Assembly (NCBI GenBank): GCA_903844645.1
Contig: CAIMUP010000013.1
Coordinates: forward strand, 1,428 to 65,427
Length of the DNA: 64,000 nucleotides
Source: an uncultured Bacteroidota bacterium
Lineage (GTDB): Bacteria > Bacteroidota > Bacteroidia > AKYH767-A > JABDAW01
Direction of reading: 5' to 3'
In this document: in pieces, positions 30,769 through 41,459 of the stretch
Layout: the number at the start of each line of letters is the position of its first letter
Position numbering within the stretch: the first letter of the stretch is position 1
Translations under genes and position numbers: made by a program
The notes under the pieces: generated by a model
Told to the model about the DNA's origin: nothing
Seen by the model: only the letters and a program-made list of their open reading frames with translations
The model's database searches: none

Positions 30769-32100
30769 ATGTTTGATAATCTAAGTGATAAGCTCGAAAG
30801 AGCATTCAAAGTCCTGAAAGGGCATGGTAAAATCAGCGAATTAAATGTCGCCGAAACCACCAAAGAGATACGGAAAGCATTGCTCGATGCCGATGTTAAT
30901 TATAAAGTAGCCAAAACCTTCACCGACACGGTTAAAGAGAAGGCATTAGGACAGAATGTGCTCACTTCCCTGACTCCCGGGCAGCTGTTAATCAAGATAA
31001 CTCACGATGAACTTGCCAATCTAATGGGCGGCGAGATGCAAGAGATCAATATGAAGGGTAGCCCTACGGTTATCCTGATGTCGGGCTTGCAAGGAAGTGG
31101 TAAAACGACGCTCTCCGGTAAGCTCGCGTACTATTTAAAGAACAAAAAAGGCAAAAGCCCTATGATGGTCGCCTGCGATGTCTATCGTCCTGCCGCTATC
31201 ACCCAATTAACCGTGCTGGGAGAACAAATAGGCGTCCCTGTTTACTCTGAATTAGAGAATAAAAACCCTGTAGACATCGCCAGGAATGGTATCAAAGCCG
31301 CGAAAGATAAAGGCTGCAACGTAGTCATCATTGATACCGCCGGTCGCCTCGCTGTTGATGAACAAATGATGGCAGAAATCGTCGCCATTAAGTATGCTAT
31401 CAACCCCAGCGAAATACTTTTTGTCGTAGATGCGATGACCGGGCAAGATGCAGTGAATACGGCTAAAACATTCAATGATAGATTAGACTTCGACGGTGTC
31501 ATCTTAACCAAATTAGATGGTGATACTCGCGGCGGAGCAGCCTTATCTATCAAAACCGTAGTGAATAAACCCATCAAGTTCGTCGGAACTGGCGAAAAGA
31601 TGGATGCACTCGAGCCGTTCTATCCCGCGCGGATGGCAGACAGGATACTCGGCATGGGAGATATTGTATCGTTGGTCGAACGTGTGCAAGATCAGATCAG
31701 CGAAGAGGAAGCCGATGCCATGACGAAGAAGATGATGAAGGGAGAACTAACCTTTGCCGACATGCTTTCGCAGATAAATCAGGTAATGAAGATGGGGAAT
31801 ATCAAAGAACTGGCATCCATGCTGCCCGGCGTAGGCAAACAGTTGAAGAATGTGGATATTAGTAATGAAAAGTTTAAGCCTGTTATCGCCATCATACAAT
31901 CCATGACTCCCGATGAACGCAATTGCAAGGTGAAGTTAGACACACGCCGCAAAAGCAGGATAGCAAAGGGCAGCGGCACCACTCCCACCCAAATGAATGA
32001 TTTGATAGCATCCCTCGACAATGCTAAAAAGCAAGCCAAGATGATGACCTCCCCTCAAAACATGAGGAACATGGAGAACATGATGAATAGGAAAAGGTAA
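30769..32100 (+). CDS. ffh: signal recognition particle protein
   Basis: It has the NG domain with GLQGSGKTT, DTAGR and TKLDGD, plus a Met-rich M domain. Confidence 0.95.
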   Translation: MFDNLSDKLERAFKVLKGHGKISELNVAETTKEIRKALLDADVNYKVAKTFTDTVKEKALGQNVLTSLTPGQLLIKITHDELANLMGGEMQEINMKGSPTVILMSGLQGSGKTTLSGKLAYYLKNKKGKSPMMVACDVYRPAAITQLTVLGEQIGVPVYSELENKNPVDIARNGIKAAKDKGCNVVIIDTAGRLAVDEQMMAEIVAIKYAINPSEILFVVDAMTGQDAVNTAKTFNDRLDFDGVILTKLDGDTRGGAALSIKTVVNKPIKFVGTGEKMDALEPFYPARMADRILGMGDIVSLVERVQDQISEEEADAMTKKMMKGELTFADMLSQINQVMKMGNIKELASMLPGVGKQLKNVDISNEKFKPVIAIIQSMTPDERNCKVKLDTRRKSRIAKGSGTTPTQMNDLIASLDNAKKQAKMMTSPQNMRNMENMMNRKR

Positions 32101-32103
32101 TTC

Positions 32104-34497
32104 TTATGCCTTATTCAAGGCAACGATAGCATCGTAGATGTCCTCGGTATTAGGCTTCGAGAAATAATCTCCATCAGAGCCGTAAGCAGGACGATGCGGG
32201 TGCGAAGTCATAGTTATTGGCGCAGCATCGAGGTAGCGATAACCATTCTGGAGTTCCAAAACTTGTTGCATCATATAAGCAGTGGCGCCACCAGGTACAT
32301 CTTCATCGAGAAAGAGAATCTTGTTCGTCTTTTTAAGGGAGTTCACAATGCTGCCGTGTATATCAAAAGGCAAAAGAGATTGTACATCTATCAGTTCGCA
32401 GGAGATATTGGCTTGTTGCAGTTGCTTCACGGCATCTTGTGCAATGCGACACATCGAACCATAAGTAACTATGGTAATATCACTACCCTCGCAAAGGATT
32501 TCAGGAACACCTATCGGGACTTTATAATCACCAAGATTGCTTGGAAGTTTCTCCTTCAAACGATAGCCATTTAATGGCTCGATAATAAGGCACGCATCGT
32601 CAGAAGCAAGCATGGTATTGTAGAAACCAGCAGCTTGCGTCATGTTGCGAGGCACTAAAATATAGATGCCACGCAGTGCATTAATAATCATACCCATTGG
32701 GGAGCCGGAATGCCATATCCCTTCCAGCCGATGACCTCTTGTTCTGATGATAACAGGTGCTTTCTGACCACCTTTGGTACGGTATTGCAGCGTGGCGAGA
32801 TCATCGCTAAGGATTTGTATTGCGTAAAGCAAATAATCAAGATACTGTATCTCGGCAATAGGTCTCAAACCCCGCATGGCAAGCCCTATTCCCTGCCCTG
32901 CAATAGTCGCTTCACGAATGCCGGTATCGGTAACTCGTATCTCGCCATATTTTTCTTGCATACCAGCAAATCCTTGGTTCACATCGCCTATCTTTCCGAG
33001 GTCTTCACCAAATGCAAGGACGAGCGGATTGTTCTTAAAGATAACATCGAAGTTGGCTTGCAGAATTTCACGACCATCCATCATTGGGGCATCATCGTTA
33101 TAGGTAGCCTTCACTTCTTTAATGTTTAATGCAGCATCTTTTGATTGGCTATGAAGATAGGAATTGTATCTATCGGAGTTCTGTTCTTTGGCTTTGTTAT
33201 TCCATTTTGTTAAAGCATCTTTTGCAACACTGTTTTCATTCTCTATTAATCTCAAAACCTTCTTTACAGAGGACATTACTTCTCTCCGAGATGGATCAAT
33301 GAAGGTGGTGAGTTCATTCTTTATCTTATTAATGAAAGCCGCATTGATACTGGCTTTCGCAATGTCATCAAAGAGAGAACTTATCTCTGCTATCTCTGCT
33401 TTTATGGGATTATTAAAGTCTTCCCAAGCCTTCTTTTTGCATTCTAAGACATACCTCTTTGCATCATATTCTATAGTATGTAATTCTTCTTCTGTAGCGA
33501 TGGTATTTGCGAGTATCCATTCCTTAAACTTCTTGATGCAATCGAAATCTTCTTCCCATGTAAGCCTGTCTTTTCCTTTATATCTTTCATGAGAGCCTGA
33601 TGTCGAATGCCCCTGTGGCTGTGTCATCTCTTGCACATGGAAGATGGCAGGGATATGTTGCTCCCGACAGATGGCAATACCCTTCTCATACATCTCGCAG
33701 AGTGCTGCATAGTCCCAACCTTTGCAGGTGTAGATGTAATATCCATCCTTATCATCGGTCTTTTCAAAGCCTTTGAGGACTTCTGATATACTGTCTTTCG
33801 TGGTTTGATATTTACGCGAAACAGAGATACCATAACCGTCATCCCAAATAGAAATAGCCATCGGAACTTGCAACACTCCGGCTGCATTAATGGTTTCATA
33901 AAAGATTCCTTCACTCGTGCTGGCATCTCCTATGGTGCCAAAAGCAACTTCATTTCCATCAATAGAAAAGTCGGTATAAGGTTTTAATTCAGGATTGTTT
34001 CGATAGATCTTTGAGGCATACGCAAGCCCTAATAATCGTGGCATCTGGGAGCCTGTGGGAGATATATCGGCAGAGGAATTCTTCATCGCAGTCAATTGTT
34101 TCCAGCTTCCATCAGAGTTTAATGACCTCGTTCCGAAGTGTCCATTCATGCTTCTGCCTGCTGATGCCGGCTCCAATTCTACTGAAGGATTGGCATATAA
34201 TTGTGCAAAGAATTCGGTGATGGAATACTGCTTGATGGCGAACATAAAGGTCTGGTCGCGGTAATATCCCGAACGAAAGTCGCCATCCTTGAAAGCCTTT
34301 GCCATCGCGACTTGTGCCAACTCTTTTCCATCGCCAAAGATGCCGAACTTAGCCTTGCCGGTAAGCACTTCTTTTCTTCCCAAGAGGCTTGCTTGCCGGC
34401 TTTCATTCACTAATTTATAATCCTCTAAAACGGTCTTCTTAAATTCGTCGAACGACAGATCTTTGGTCGCCTCTTTTACTTTATTTTCCTTAGCCAT
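32104..34497 (-). CDS. 2-oxoacid dehydrogenase E1 component, fused alpha and beta subunits
   Basis: This 797-aa protein has a ThDP-binding alpha-like N-terminal half and a transketolase-like beta C-terminal half. Confidence 0.85.
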   Translation of the reverse strand: MAKENKVKEATKDLSFDEFKKTVLEDYKLVNESRQASLLGRKEVLTGKAKFGIFGDGKELAQVAMAKAFKDGDFRSGYYRDQTFMFAIKQYSITEFFAQLYANPSVELEPASAGRSMNGHFGTRSLNSDGSWKQLTAMKNSSADISPTGSQMPRLLGLAYASKIYRNNPELKPYTDFSIDGNEVAFGTIGDASTSEGIFYETINAAGVLQVPMAISIWDDGYGISVSRKYQTTKDSISEVLKGFEKTDDKDGYYIYTCKGWDYAALCEMYEKGIAICREQHIPAIFHVQEMTQPQGHSTSGSHERYKGKDRLTWEEDFDCIKKFKEWILANTIATEEELHTIEYDAKRYVLECKKKAWEDFNNPIKAEIAEISSLFDDIAKASINAAFINKIKNELTTFIDPSRREVMSSVKKVLRLIENENSVAKDALTKWNNKAKEQNSDRYNSYLHSQSKDAALNIKEVKATYNDDAPMMDGREILQANFDVIFKNNPLVLAFGEDLGKIGDVNQGFAGMQEKYGEIRVTDTGIREATIAGQGIGLAMRGLRPIAEIQYLDYLLYAIQILSDDLATLQYRTKGGQKAPVIIRTRGHRLEGIWHSGSPMGMIINALRGIYILVPRNMTQAAGFYNTMLASDDACLIIEPLNGYRLKEKLPSNLGDYKVPIGVPEILCEGSDITIVTYGSMCRIAQDAVKQLQQANISCELIDVQSLLPFDIHGSIVNSLKKTNKILFLDEDVPGGATAYMMQQVLELQNGYRYLDAAPITMTSHPHRPAYGSDGDYFSKPNTEDIYDAIVALNKA

Positions 34498-34682
34498 TGC
34501 CTTTTAATTATGAAATGCAAAAATAGAAAAATTATGTTTCATTAAACAAATGCTACCAAGAATTGTATTCCTTTTATTGTTGCTCCCCAAAGGTCGCAAT
34601 CATAAAAGGAACGTAATGAAACATTTATTTTCCGCCAATTAGGATTCCCTCAAAGCGCATTAATACCCCTATTTTTCCCAAT

Positions 34683-34864
34683 GTACACGTGTACAATTCG
34701 TCCTGCAACTGTGTCGGAGGCAATGTTCGGTGTACTTTGCCCCAACACAGTTGTGTTTGCCAATTCTACATGTGTACTATTGGCAAACACAGTTACTTTT
34801 GCAGAAGTACACGTGTAGAATTGGCAAACACAACTGTGTTTGCCAAATGTACACGTGTACATTC
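34683..34864. repeat. Array F: roughly 42-bp tandem repeat, about 4.3 copies, built from two alternating palindromes
   Basis: It alternates GTACACGTGTAC (12-bp palindrome at 34683, 34807, 34849; degenerate at 34725, 34766) with AATTGGCAAACACA-ACTGTGTTTGCCAAAT (30-bp palindrome). The dyad centres are 21 bp apart. Confidence 0.9.
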
Positions 34865-35028
34865 AAAATCGCCTTATAAAATCACCCTTTTCTGTTTAAT
34901 CAAATGAAACAAAGGATGCCAATCGGGTAGAATCACTCCTTATATATAGGTGTATTATTCGTTTTCTCTTTTCGGGGAATGCCGCCTTTCATCCTTTTAT
35001 CCCTATTTTTAGTATTTTCGCCCCTCGT

Positions 35029-35292
35029 ATGGCAAGATTTATCCTTATATTATTGATTATTTACGTCCTCTTCCGATTGTTTCGGCGGAGTATCTTTGTA
35101 TATACCGTCAATTCGTTTCAGAATAAGATGGAAGAACAAATGCGGAAACAACAACAACAACAAAAGAAAGAATATCAACAACAACAACGCCAAACAAATG
35201 GTAAAACCAAAGTCGAATTCATCCCTCCCGAGAAAAATAAACGCCCCCACGATACCGATGGTGAATATGTGGATTACGAAGAAATAAAATAA
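35029..35292 (+). CDS. small membrane-anchored protein (DUF4834-like, tentative)
   Basis: It has an N-terminal TM (FILILLIIYVLFRLF), a poly-Q/K middle and a C-terminal GEYVDYEEI. Confidence 0.5.
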   Translation: MARFILILLIIYVLFRLFRRSIFVYTVNSFQNKMEEQMRKQQQQQKKEYQQQQRQTNGKTKVEFIPPEKNKRPHDTDGEYVDYEEIK

Positions 35293-35323
35293 CCGACTTC
35301 CCTTTTATAAAACAAGATATAGT

Positions 35324-37846
35324 ATGAATAAAAACCTCAAAAACCAACTGATAAAACACGCATTAGTAGTTATGGGATTCATCGCCATAACGATGATTTA
35401 CTTCTCCCCATTGATGGAGAACAAAGAACTGAAACAAGGCGATATAGACCACTGGTATGGCGGCGCAAAAGAGATTCTCGATTTCCGCAAAACACACAAT
35501 GCAGAAGCCCTCTGGACGAACTCCATGTTCGGCGGAATGCCAGCCTATCAAATCTCGGTGCTGTATCCCTCAAACCTGATACAGTATGTGAATAAAGCAC
35601 TGACTTTCGGCATCCCGAACCCCGCAAATTATATGTTTTTATACTTCCTCGGCTTCTATCTTTTGCTCTTGGTCATGAAGATAGATTGGCGGCTTGCGGC
35701 ATTAGGAGCTATTGCGTTTGGGCTGTCGTCTTATCTAATAATCATCATCGAAGCAGGGCATAATACCAAGGCAGAGGCAGTAGGATATATGGCTCCCGTA
35801 CTGGCAGGCATCATCCTGACCTATCGCGGAAGATTCCTGATAGGCGGGGCATTAACAGCATTGGCGATGGCGTTGGAAATTAATTCAAACCATCCGCAAG
35901 TAACGTATTATTTGTTCATGATTATCGGATTGATGCTCGCCGTACAACTTTATACCACCTGGAAAGAGAAGGCATGGAAAACTTTTATCACTGCATCAGG
36001 AATTGTAGGCGTGGTAACGGTATTGGCAGTGCTGACCAGCATCACAAGCCTCTGGGCAACGGCAGATTATGGCAAATATTCCACCCGTGGACAGAGCGAG
36101 TTGGCAGCTAAGAAATCATCTACTGGATTGGATAGGGATTATGTCTTCGGATGGAGCTACGGTAATGCCGAAGCATGGACGTTGTTGGTATCTAATTTCA
36201 AGGGTGGAAGCAGTTCCTGGCCCCTCGGTAAAGATGAAAGTACGTTAGAGAAAGTAAGTCCTAATTACCGTCAAAACATTGCGCAATTCCCTTCTTACTG
36301 GGGCGATCAGCAGTTCACCTCCGGTCCGGTGTATGTCGGGGCGATCATTTGTTTTCTGTTCTTCTTAGGATTATTAATAGTGGATGGGAATGACAGGTGG
36401 TGGTTGCTCGGAGCGACTATCCTTTCTATCGTATTGGCATGGGGAAAGAATTTTCCGGCATTTAATTATTGGATGTTCGATCACTTTCCGGCATACAACA
36501 AGTTCCGTTCGGTAACCATAGCATTAATCATTGCCGAGTTTGCGATGCCGATATTGGCTATCCTCGCATTAAATAAAATACTTAATACCCCGAAATTATT
36601 AGAGACAAAACGTAAGCAATTATTCATCGGGATGGGCGTGGCATTGGGGATAACCATTCTCATCGCCGTATCGCCAACCATGTTTGGGGATGTATATAAA
36701 GCCAACGAATACGAACAACTGAAAGGCGAGATTAAAAAACAAGGAGCGAACGATACCCAAGCCGTCGAGTTCTTGGATAATATCGAGATTGCGCGTAAGG
36801 CGGTGCTGTCTGCCGATGCGTGGAGGAGTTTTATATTTATTGCCCTGGCATGCGGGATGATATATGCCTTTACCCGATTCAAATTCAAGAAAGAATACCT
36901 GATAGTGGGCGTAGGATTATTGATAGTTGTAGATTTATGGGCGGTAGATAAACGGTATTTGAATGATAAGGATTTCGTGGAGGTGAAACATGCCGGAGTG
37001 CCGTACGAACCGCATAAGGTGGATCAGGAAATCCTGAAAGATCCTTCGCCGAATTATAGGGTGATGAACTTGCAAGACCCCTTCAACGATGCCCGAACGA
37101 GCTACTTCCATAAATCTATCGGGGGGTATCACGGAGCTAAATTGAAGCGCATCAAAGAACTCATTGATTACCGCCTCGACCCGGAAGTACAGATGATAAT
37201 AGCCTCCTTCAAATCGAAAGATCCGGCAACGATTGACAGAGCTATCGCGAGTGCCACGTGCATCAATATGCTGAATGGAAAATATATTATCTATAGCCAG
37301 GATGCCCCGCCGTTGCCGAATCAACATGCGTTGGGGAATTGCTGGTTTGTGAAGAACTTCAAGATGGTTGCCAATGCCGATTCAGAGATTAATGCTATGG
37401 GGACTTTCGACCCTGCTACATCTGCCGTGGTTGATCATCGGTTCATGCCTTTGGTGGAGGCAATTCATCCTATGTTTGATTCCACGGCGACCATTAAATT
37501 AACCAGCTATCAACCCAATGATTTGAATTATGAATCTAAAGCATCCACAGAGCAACTCGCCGTCTTCTCCGAGATATACTTCGATGGGGGCTGGAATGCT
37601 TATATTGACGGGAAGCTGACCCCTTACTTCCGCACCGATTATTTATTGCGGGGCATGAGTGTTCCGGCAGGGTCGCATAAGATAGAATTCAAGTTTGAGC
37701 CGACACTTTATTCCACTGGGGAACATATTTCCTTGGTCAGTTCCTTGCTATTATTAATCCTGGTGGGCGGGGTTTCCTTCAAATTCATCAAAGAAAAATT
37801 GGCAGAACCAGAGCCGCAATCACAGCCCAAGGCGATGAAGAAATAG
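35324..37846 (+). CDS. large polytopic membrane protein (YfhO-like, tentative)
   Basis: This 840-aa protein has many TM segments in the N-terminal two thirds and a soluble C-terminal domain with a final TM. Confidence 0.65.
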   Translation: MNKNLKNQLIKHALVVMGFIAITMIYFSPLMENKELKQGDIDHWYGGAKEILDFRKTHNAEALWTNSMFGGMPAYQISVLYPSNLIQYVNKALTFGIPNPANYMFLYFLGFYLLLLVMKIDWRLAALGAIAFGLSSYLIIIIEAGHNTKAEAVGYMAPVLAGIILTYRGRFLIGGALTALAMALEINSNHPQVTYYLFMIIGLMLAVQLYTTWKEKAWKTFITASGIVGVVTVLAVLTSITSLWATADYGKYSTRGQSELAAKKSSTGLDRDYVFGWSYGNAEAWTLLVSNFKGGSSSWPLGKDESTLEKVSPNYRQNIAQFPSYWGDQQFTSGPVYVGAIICFLFFLGLLIVDGNDRWWLLGATILSIVLAWGKNFPAFNYWMFDHFPAYNKFRSVTIALIIAEFAMPILAILALNKILNTPKLLETKRKQLFIGMGVALGITILIAVSPTMFGDVYKANEYEQLKGEIKKQGANDTQAVEFLDNIEIARKAVLSADAWRSFIFIALACGMIYAFTRFKFKKEYLIVGVGLLIVVDLWAVDKRYLNDKDFVEVKHAGVPYEPHKVDQEILKDPSPNYRVMNLQDPFNDARTSYFHKSIGGYHGAKLKRIKELIDYRLDPEVQMIIASFKSKDPATIDRAIASATCINMLNGKYIIYSQDAPPLPNQHALGNCWFVKNFKMVANADSEINAMGTFDPATSAVVDHRFMPLVEAIHPMFDSTATIKLTSYQPNDLNYESKASTEQLAVFSEIYFDGGWNAYIDGKLTPYFRTDYLLRGMSVPAGSHKIEFKFEPTLYSTGEHISLVSSLLLLILVGGVSFKFIKEKLAEPEPQSQPKAMKK

Positions 37847-37869
37847 GTTGAATATTTCATTCCAAAAGA

Positions 37870-37908
37870 AAGCCCTCCCGACATAAAATTGGGAGGGCTT
37901 CTTTTTTT
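37870..37908 (+). terminator. rho-independent terminator after the YfhO-like gene
   Basis: The 10-bp GC-rich stem aagccctccc / gggagggctt is followed by cttttttt. Confidence 0.8.
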
Positions 37909-37950
37909 AGCTAAAAGGACGATTTGGGAAGCCCGAAAAATTTTTCCGCT

Positions 37951-38202
37951 ATGAATATCTTTTGCTTCGGGATGAATATCCTTTGCTTCGGGATGAATAT
38001 CCTTTGCTTCGGGATGAATATCCTTTGCTTCGGGGTGAATATCTTTTGCTTCGGGGTGAATATCTTTTGCTTCGGGATGAATATCCTTTGCTTCGGGATG
38101 AATATCCTTTGCTTCGGGATGAATATCTTTTGCTTCGGGATGAATATCTTTTGCATCGGGATGAATATCTTTTCATCCGGCTTCAATACATTTTCATCCC
38201 GG
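37951..38202. repeat. Array G: 21-bp tandem repeat, 12 copies
   Basis: The unit is atgaatatcctttgcttcggg. Starts fall at 37951, 37972 ... 38182. It lies between the terminator at 37870-37908 and the ppiC-type gene at 38399. Confidence 0.95.
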
Positions 38203-38358
38203 GTTAATGTCTTACATGAACTTTTCCCCGTTATAAAACCCGATTTGGAGGGGTAAAAAGGGAGGTTTTTGGAAATTCTCCACCCTCCATTTCCCACTTT
38301 TAAGTCTCCATTCCCCATTTTCCATTCCCCATTCTTTTTCCATTGTCAGGAAATTTTA

Positions 38359-38366
38359 TAGTTTTG
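38359..38366 (+). promoter_or_regulatory. candidate -7 box (TAnnTTTG) for the ppiC-surA-moxR gene block
   Basis: The sequence tagttttg lies 33 nt upstream of the ATG at 38399 and downstream of array G. Confidence 0.4.
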
Positions 38367-38398
38367 CCCGCCTAACACTAAAATTATATCATAAAATA

Positions 38399-40354
38399 AT
38401 GAAAAAAATAGCAGTAAATTTTTTAATCTTAACCATCGCGATAGTAGCTACCATCGCCCTCAAAGCCCAAGGCAATGACCCGTTATTAATTACCATCGGG
38501 AATGAAAAAATCACCAAGTCGGAGTTTGAAAAGGTCTTCCGCAAAAACAACAGCAAAGGCAACCCGTCAGATCAAAAAGCCGCTGCCGATTACCTTGAAC
38601 TGTTCGTCAATTATAAATTGAAGGTCAAGGAAGCCTGCGAAATCGGGATGGATACCGCCAGCACCTTCGTAGCCGAATTGCAGGGATATAAAAAACAATT
38701 GTCCACCCCCTACCTCGTGGATAAAGAAGTTACCGACAAGCTCATGCACGAGGTTTATGACCGCATGAAAAAAGATGTTCATGCCGCCCATATCCTTTTC
38801 AAATGCCCCTCCGATGCGTTGCCCAAAGATACCCTTGAGGCTTATAACAAGGCGATGACGGTACGTATCCATTTAATAAAAGGAGAAGATTTTGCAAAGG
38901 CAGCACGCGAGAACTCTGACGATCCTTCTGCCAAAGAAAATGGCGGAGATTTAGGATATTTCTCTGCCATGCAAATGGTTTATCCGTTTGAATCAGCCGC
39001 CTTCAATGCCAAGGTAGGCGAGGTTTCGATGCCTACCCGCACTAAATTTGGTTATCATTTAATAAAAAAATTAGACGAACGGAAAGACCCGGGAGAAGTA
39101 ACCACGGCACACATCATGGTCAAGATAGCCAAAGATGCGAAGCCTGAAGATTCGACCAAAGCAGCGCAGAAGGTTGCGGAATTAGTTCAGAAATTAAAAG
39201 ATGGCGGCAACTTCGAGGAACTCGCCAAACAATATTCTGATGATGGCGGATCGAGCAAAAATGGCGGCGTTTTGCCAGCCTTCAAAACAGGTCGCATGGT
39301 TCCGGAGTTCGAGGCAGCAGCATTTAATTTGAAGAACAAAGGCGACATATCGGATCCCGTTCGGACTTCTTATGGCTGGCATATAATAAAATTAATCAGC
39401 CGTAAAGACATCGGCAGCTACGACGAAATGCAAACCGAATTGAAAGCCAGTATTGGCAAAGATTCGCGGTCAGAGGTCAGCAAGTCGTCCATGATTGCGA
39501 AGATTAAAAAAGAATATAATTTTAAACAAGACACCAAGACCCGCGATGAGTTTTTTGCTGTTTCCGATTCATCATTGATTAATGGCAAGTGGACTTCTGA
39601 TAAAGCCGAAAAACTGACAAAAACCATGTTCACCTTAGGCGATAAACAATTTACCCAAAAGGATTTCGCGACCTACATCGTTGCCCACCAAACGGCACGG
39701 AAGAATACCACGCCCCAAGCTATCGTGAACGGCATGTATGAATCTTATGTCAGCGAATCCGCGATGACTTACGAGGAGAATCGGTTAGATGTCAAATACC
39801 CTGAATTTAAAGACCTGATGCAAGAGTACAAGGACGGCATCCTCCTTTTTGATTTGACCGATAAAAAAGTATGGTCCAAGGCTGTCAAGGATACTGTCGG
39901 CATGAAAGAATATTATGAAAAGAACAAAATAAAATACCAGTGGGGCGAACGCGTACAGGCTACCATCTACAATTGTTCTTCCGAAGAAATGACCGGAAAA
40001 GTACGGGAGTTAATCAAGAAGAAAACATTGAGCAACGACTCTATCTTGGCTATCATAAACACCACCTCCCAGTTGAATCTTTCTATCAAGGAAGGGAAAT
40101 ATTCCAAGGGCGATAATCAGTTTGTTGATTCCATCAAATGGCAGAAAGGATTGTCGCCGAATGTTGTTTCCGGCAAGTCCTTTGTCTTTGTGGATGTGAA
40201 AGAAAAGCTCGCCGCCACCGGTAAAACATTGGAGGAAGCAAAAGGACTTGTTACCGCCGATTATCAGGCAGCTTTGGAGAAAGAATGGATCGCTACATTG
40301 CGAGCCAAATTTCCATTTACGGTCGATCGGAACGTGTTGGCAACGATTAAATAG
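38399..40354 (+). CDS. peptidyl-prolyl cis-trans isomerase, parvulin (PpiC/SurA-like), two PPIase domains
   Basis: It has a signal peptide and the parvulin motifs FGYHLIK and YGWHIIKL. Confidence 0.85.
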   Translation: MKKIAVNFLILTIAIVATIALKAQGNDPLLITIGNEKITKSEFEKVFRKNNSKGNPSDQKAAADYLELFVNYKLKVKEACEIGMDTASTFVAELQGYKKQLSTPYLVDKEVTDKLMHEVYDRMKKDVHAAHILFKCPSDALPKDTLEAYNKAMTVRIHLIKGEDFAKAARENSDDPSAKENGGDLGYFSAMQMVYPFESAAFNAKVGEVSMPTRTKFGYHLIKKLDERKDPGEVTTAHIMVKIAKDAKPEDSTKAAQKVAELVQKLKDGGNFEELAKQYSDDGGSSKNGGVLPAFKTGRMVPEFEAAAFNLKNKGDISDPVRTSYGWHIIKLISRKDIGSYDEMQTELKASIGKDSRSEVSKSSMIAKIKKEYNFKQDTKTRDEFFAVSDSSLINGKWTSDKAEKLTKTMFTLGDKQFTQKDFATYIVAHQTARKNTTPQAIVNGMYESYVSESAMTYEENRLDVKYPEFKDLMQEYKDGILLFDLTDKKVWSKAVKDTVGMKEYYEKNKIKYQWGERVQATIYNCSSEEMTGKVRELIKKKTLSNDSILAIINTTSQLNLSIKEGKYSKGDNQFVDSIKWQKGLSPNVVSGKSFVFVDVKEKLAATGKTLEEAKGLVTADYQAALEKEWIATLRAKFPFTVDRNVLATIK

Positions 40355-40405
40355 CAATAAATCGCTGGGCTTGTCGTTAGCTTTTCTTAATCCAATAGAA
40401 CTACA

Positions 40406-41251
40406 TTGTTCAGAATCATTTTTTGCTGCTTAATCATTTCTCTGATGACCTCCTGTTCCTATTTCAAACATAACGACGGCAATGCCGCTGTGGCAAAGGC
40501 TTTCGATGCTACTTTGAATCGGGCTGATGTCGCGGGATTGGTGCCGAAGGGCAGCTCCAAACAGGATAGTGTGATGATAGTGAAGAGCTATATTGACTCT
40601 TGGATTCGGAAGGAATTGGTATTAAGAAAAGCCGAGAAAAACCTCTCCGATGAGGCGAAGGATGTAGAGAAACAATTGGCAGATTATAAGAATTCTTTGA
40701 TAATTTATGCTTATGAAAAGGAACTGGTTCGCCAGCAATTAGATACCACGGTGAAGGATGCGGAGATCGAAAAATATTACAACGAGCACCAGGGAAATTT
40801 TGAATTAAAGGATAATATTATCAAGGTTTTGTACCTTAAATTACCGAAGACTGCGCCGAGACTTTATACCGTGAGGCAATGGTATAAATCCTCCAAGGCG
40901 AATGACCGGAAGTCGCTTGAGGACTATGCGCATCAGTATGCCGTGAATTATTATTTCGATGATAATTCGTGGTTGCAATTCGATGATTTATTAAAAGAAA
41001 TTCCGATTAAAACCTACGATAAAGAGCAGTTCTTGAAGAACAACCGGTATGTCGAAATCGAGGATTCGATGAATCTGTATTTCGTCAATATCAACGGCTT
41101 CAAAACTAAGGAAAGTACCTCGCCGCTCTCGTTTGAAAAGGATAATATCAAGAGCATTATTATCAATAAAAGGAAGCTGAAATTGATTGAGGATATGGAG
41201 AAAAAGGTGTACGACGAGGCGGTGAAGGGCAGCGATTTCAAGATTTATTAA
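40406..41251 (+). CDS. lipoprotein, chaperone-like (SurA N-domain-like, tentative)
   Basis: It has a putative TTG start and a lipobox (LMTSCS), and it sits between two parvulin genes. Confidence 0.5.
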   Translation: MFRIIFCCLIISLMTSCSYFKHNDGNAAVAKAFDATLNRADVAGLVPKGSSKQDSVMIVKSYIDSWIRKELVLRKAEKNLSDEAKDVEKQLADYKNSLIIYAYEKELVRQQLDTTVKDAEIEKYYNEHQGNFELKDNIIKVLYLKLPKTAPRLYTVRQWYKSSKANDRKSLEDYAHQYAVNYYFDDNSWLQFDDLLKEIPIKTYDKEQFLKNNRYVEIEDSMNLYFVNINGFKTKESTSPLSFEKDNIKSIIINKRKLKLIEDMEKKVYDEAVKGSDFKIY

Positions 41252-41277
41252 TAAAATGGACAAAAAGATGCTTTTTC

Positions 41278-41445
41278 TATTAAATACGACTACAATGATG
41301 CCGTCATCTCCTACAATGATAGCGTCATCTACTACAATTATGCCGTCATCTACTACAATTATGCCGTCATCTACTACAATGATGGCGTCATCTACTACAA
41401 TTATGCCGTCATCTACTACAATGATGGCAACTTCGACTACACATT
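41278..41445. repeat. Array H: 21-bp tandem repeat, 8 copies
   Basis: The unit is tgccgtcatctactacaatta. Starts fall at 41278, 41299 ... 41425. The array ends 15 bp before the surA-like ATG (41460). Confidence 0.95.
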
Positions 41446-41459
41446 TATTACATTAATTC

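Noticed and set aside
35140-35200. A CAA/AAC-rich triplet repeat lies inside the small DUF4834-like gene.
   Set aside because: It encodes an in-frame poly-Q/K low-complexity linker. It is ordinary coding low complexity and not part of the 21-bp array family.
37911-38318. ORFs of 75-135 aa across array G lie on both strands (37911..38318 -, 37924..38256 +, 37949..38176 -, 37962..38207 +). Analogous multi-frame ORFs cross arrays C, E, I, J and M.
   Set aside because: At least four of the six frames are open simultaneously, because a 21-bp unit without a stop propagates indefinitely. The products are low-complexity heptads with no start context. I treat them as by-products, except where the flanking geometry is suggestive (arrays A, H, K and E), and those are reported as findings.
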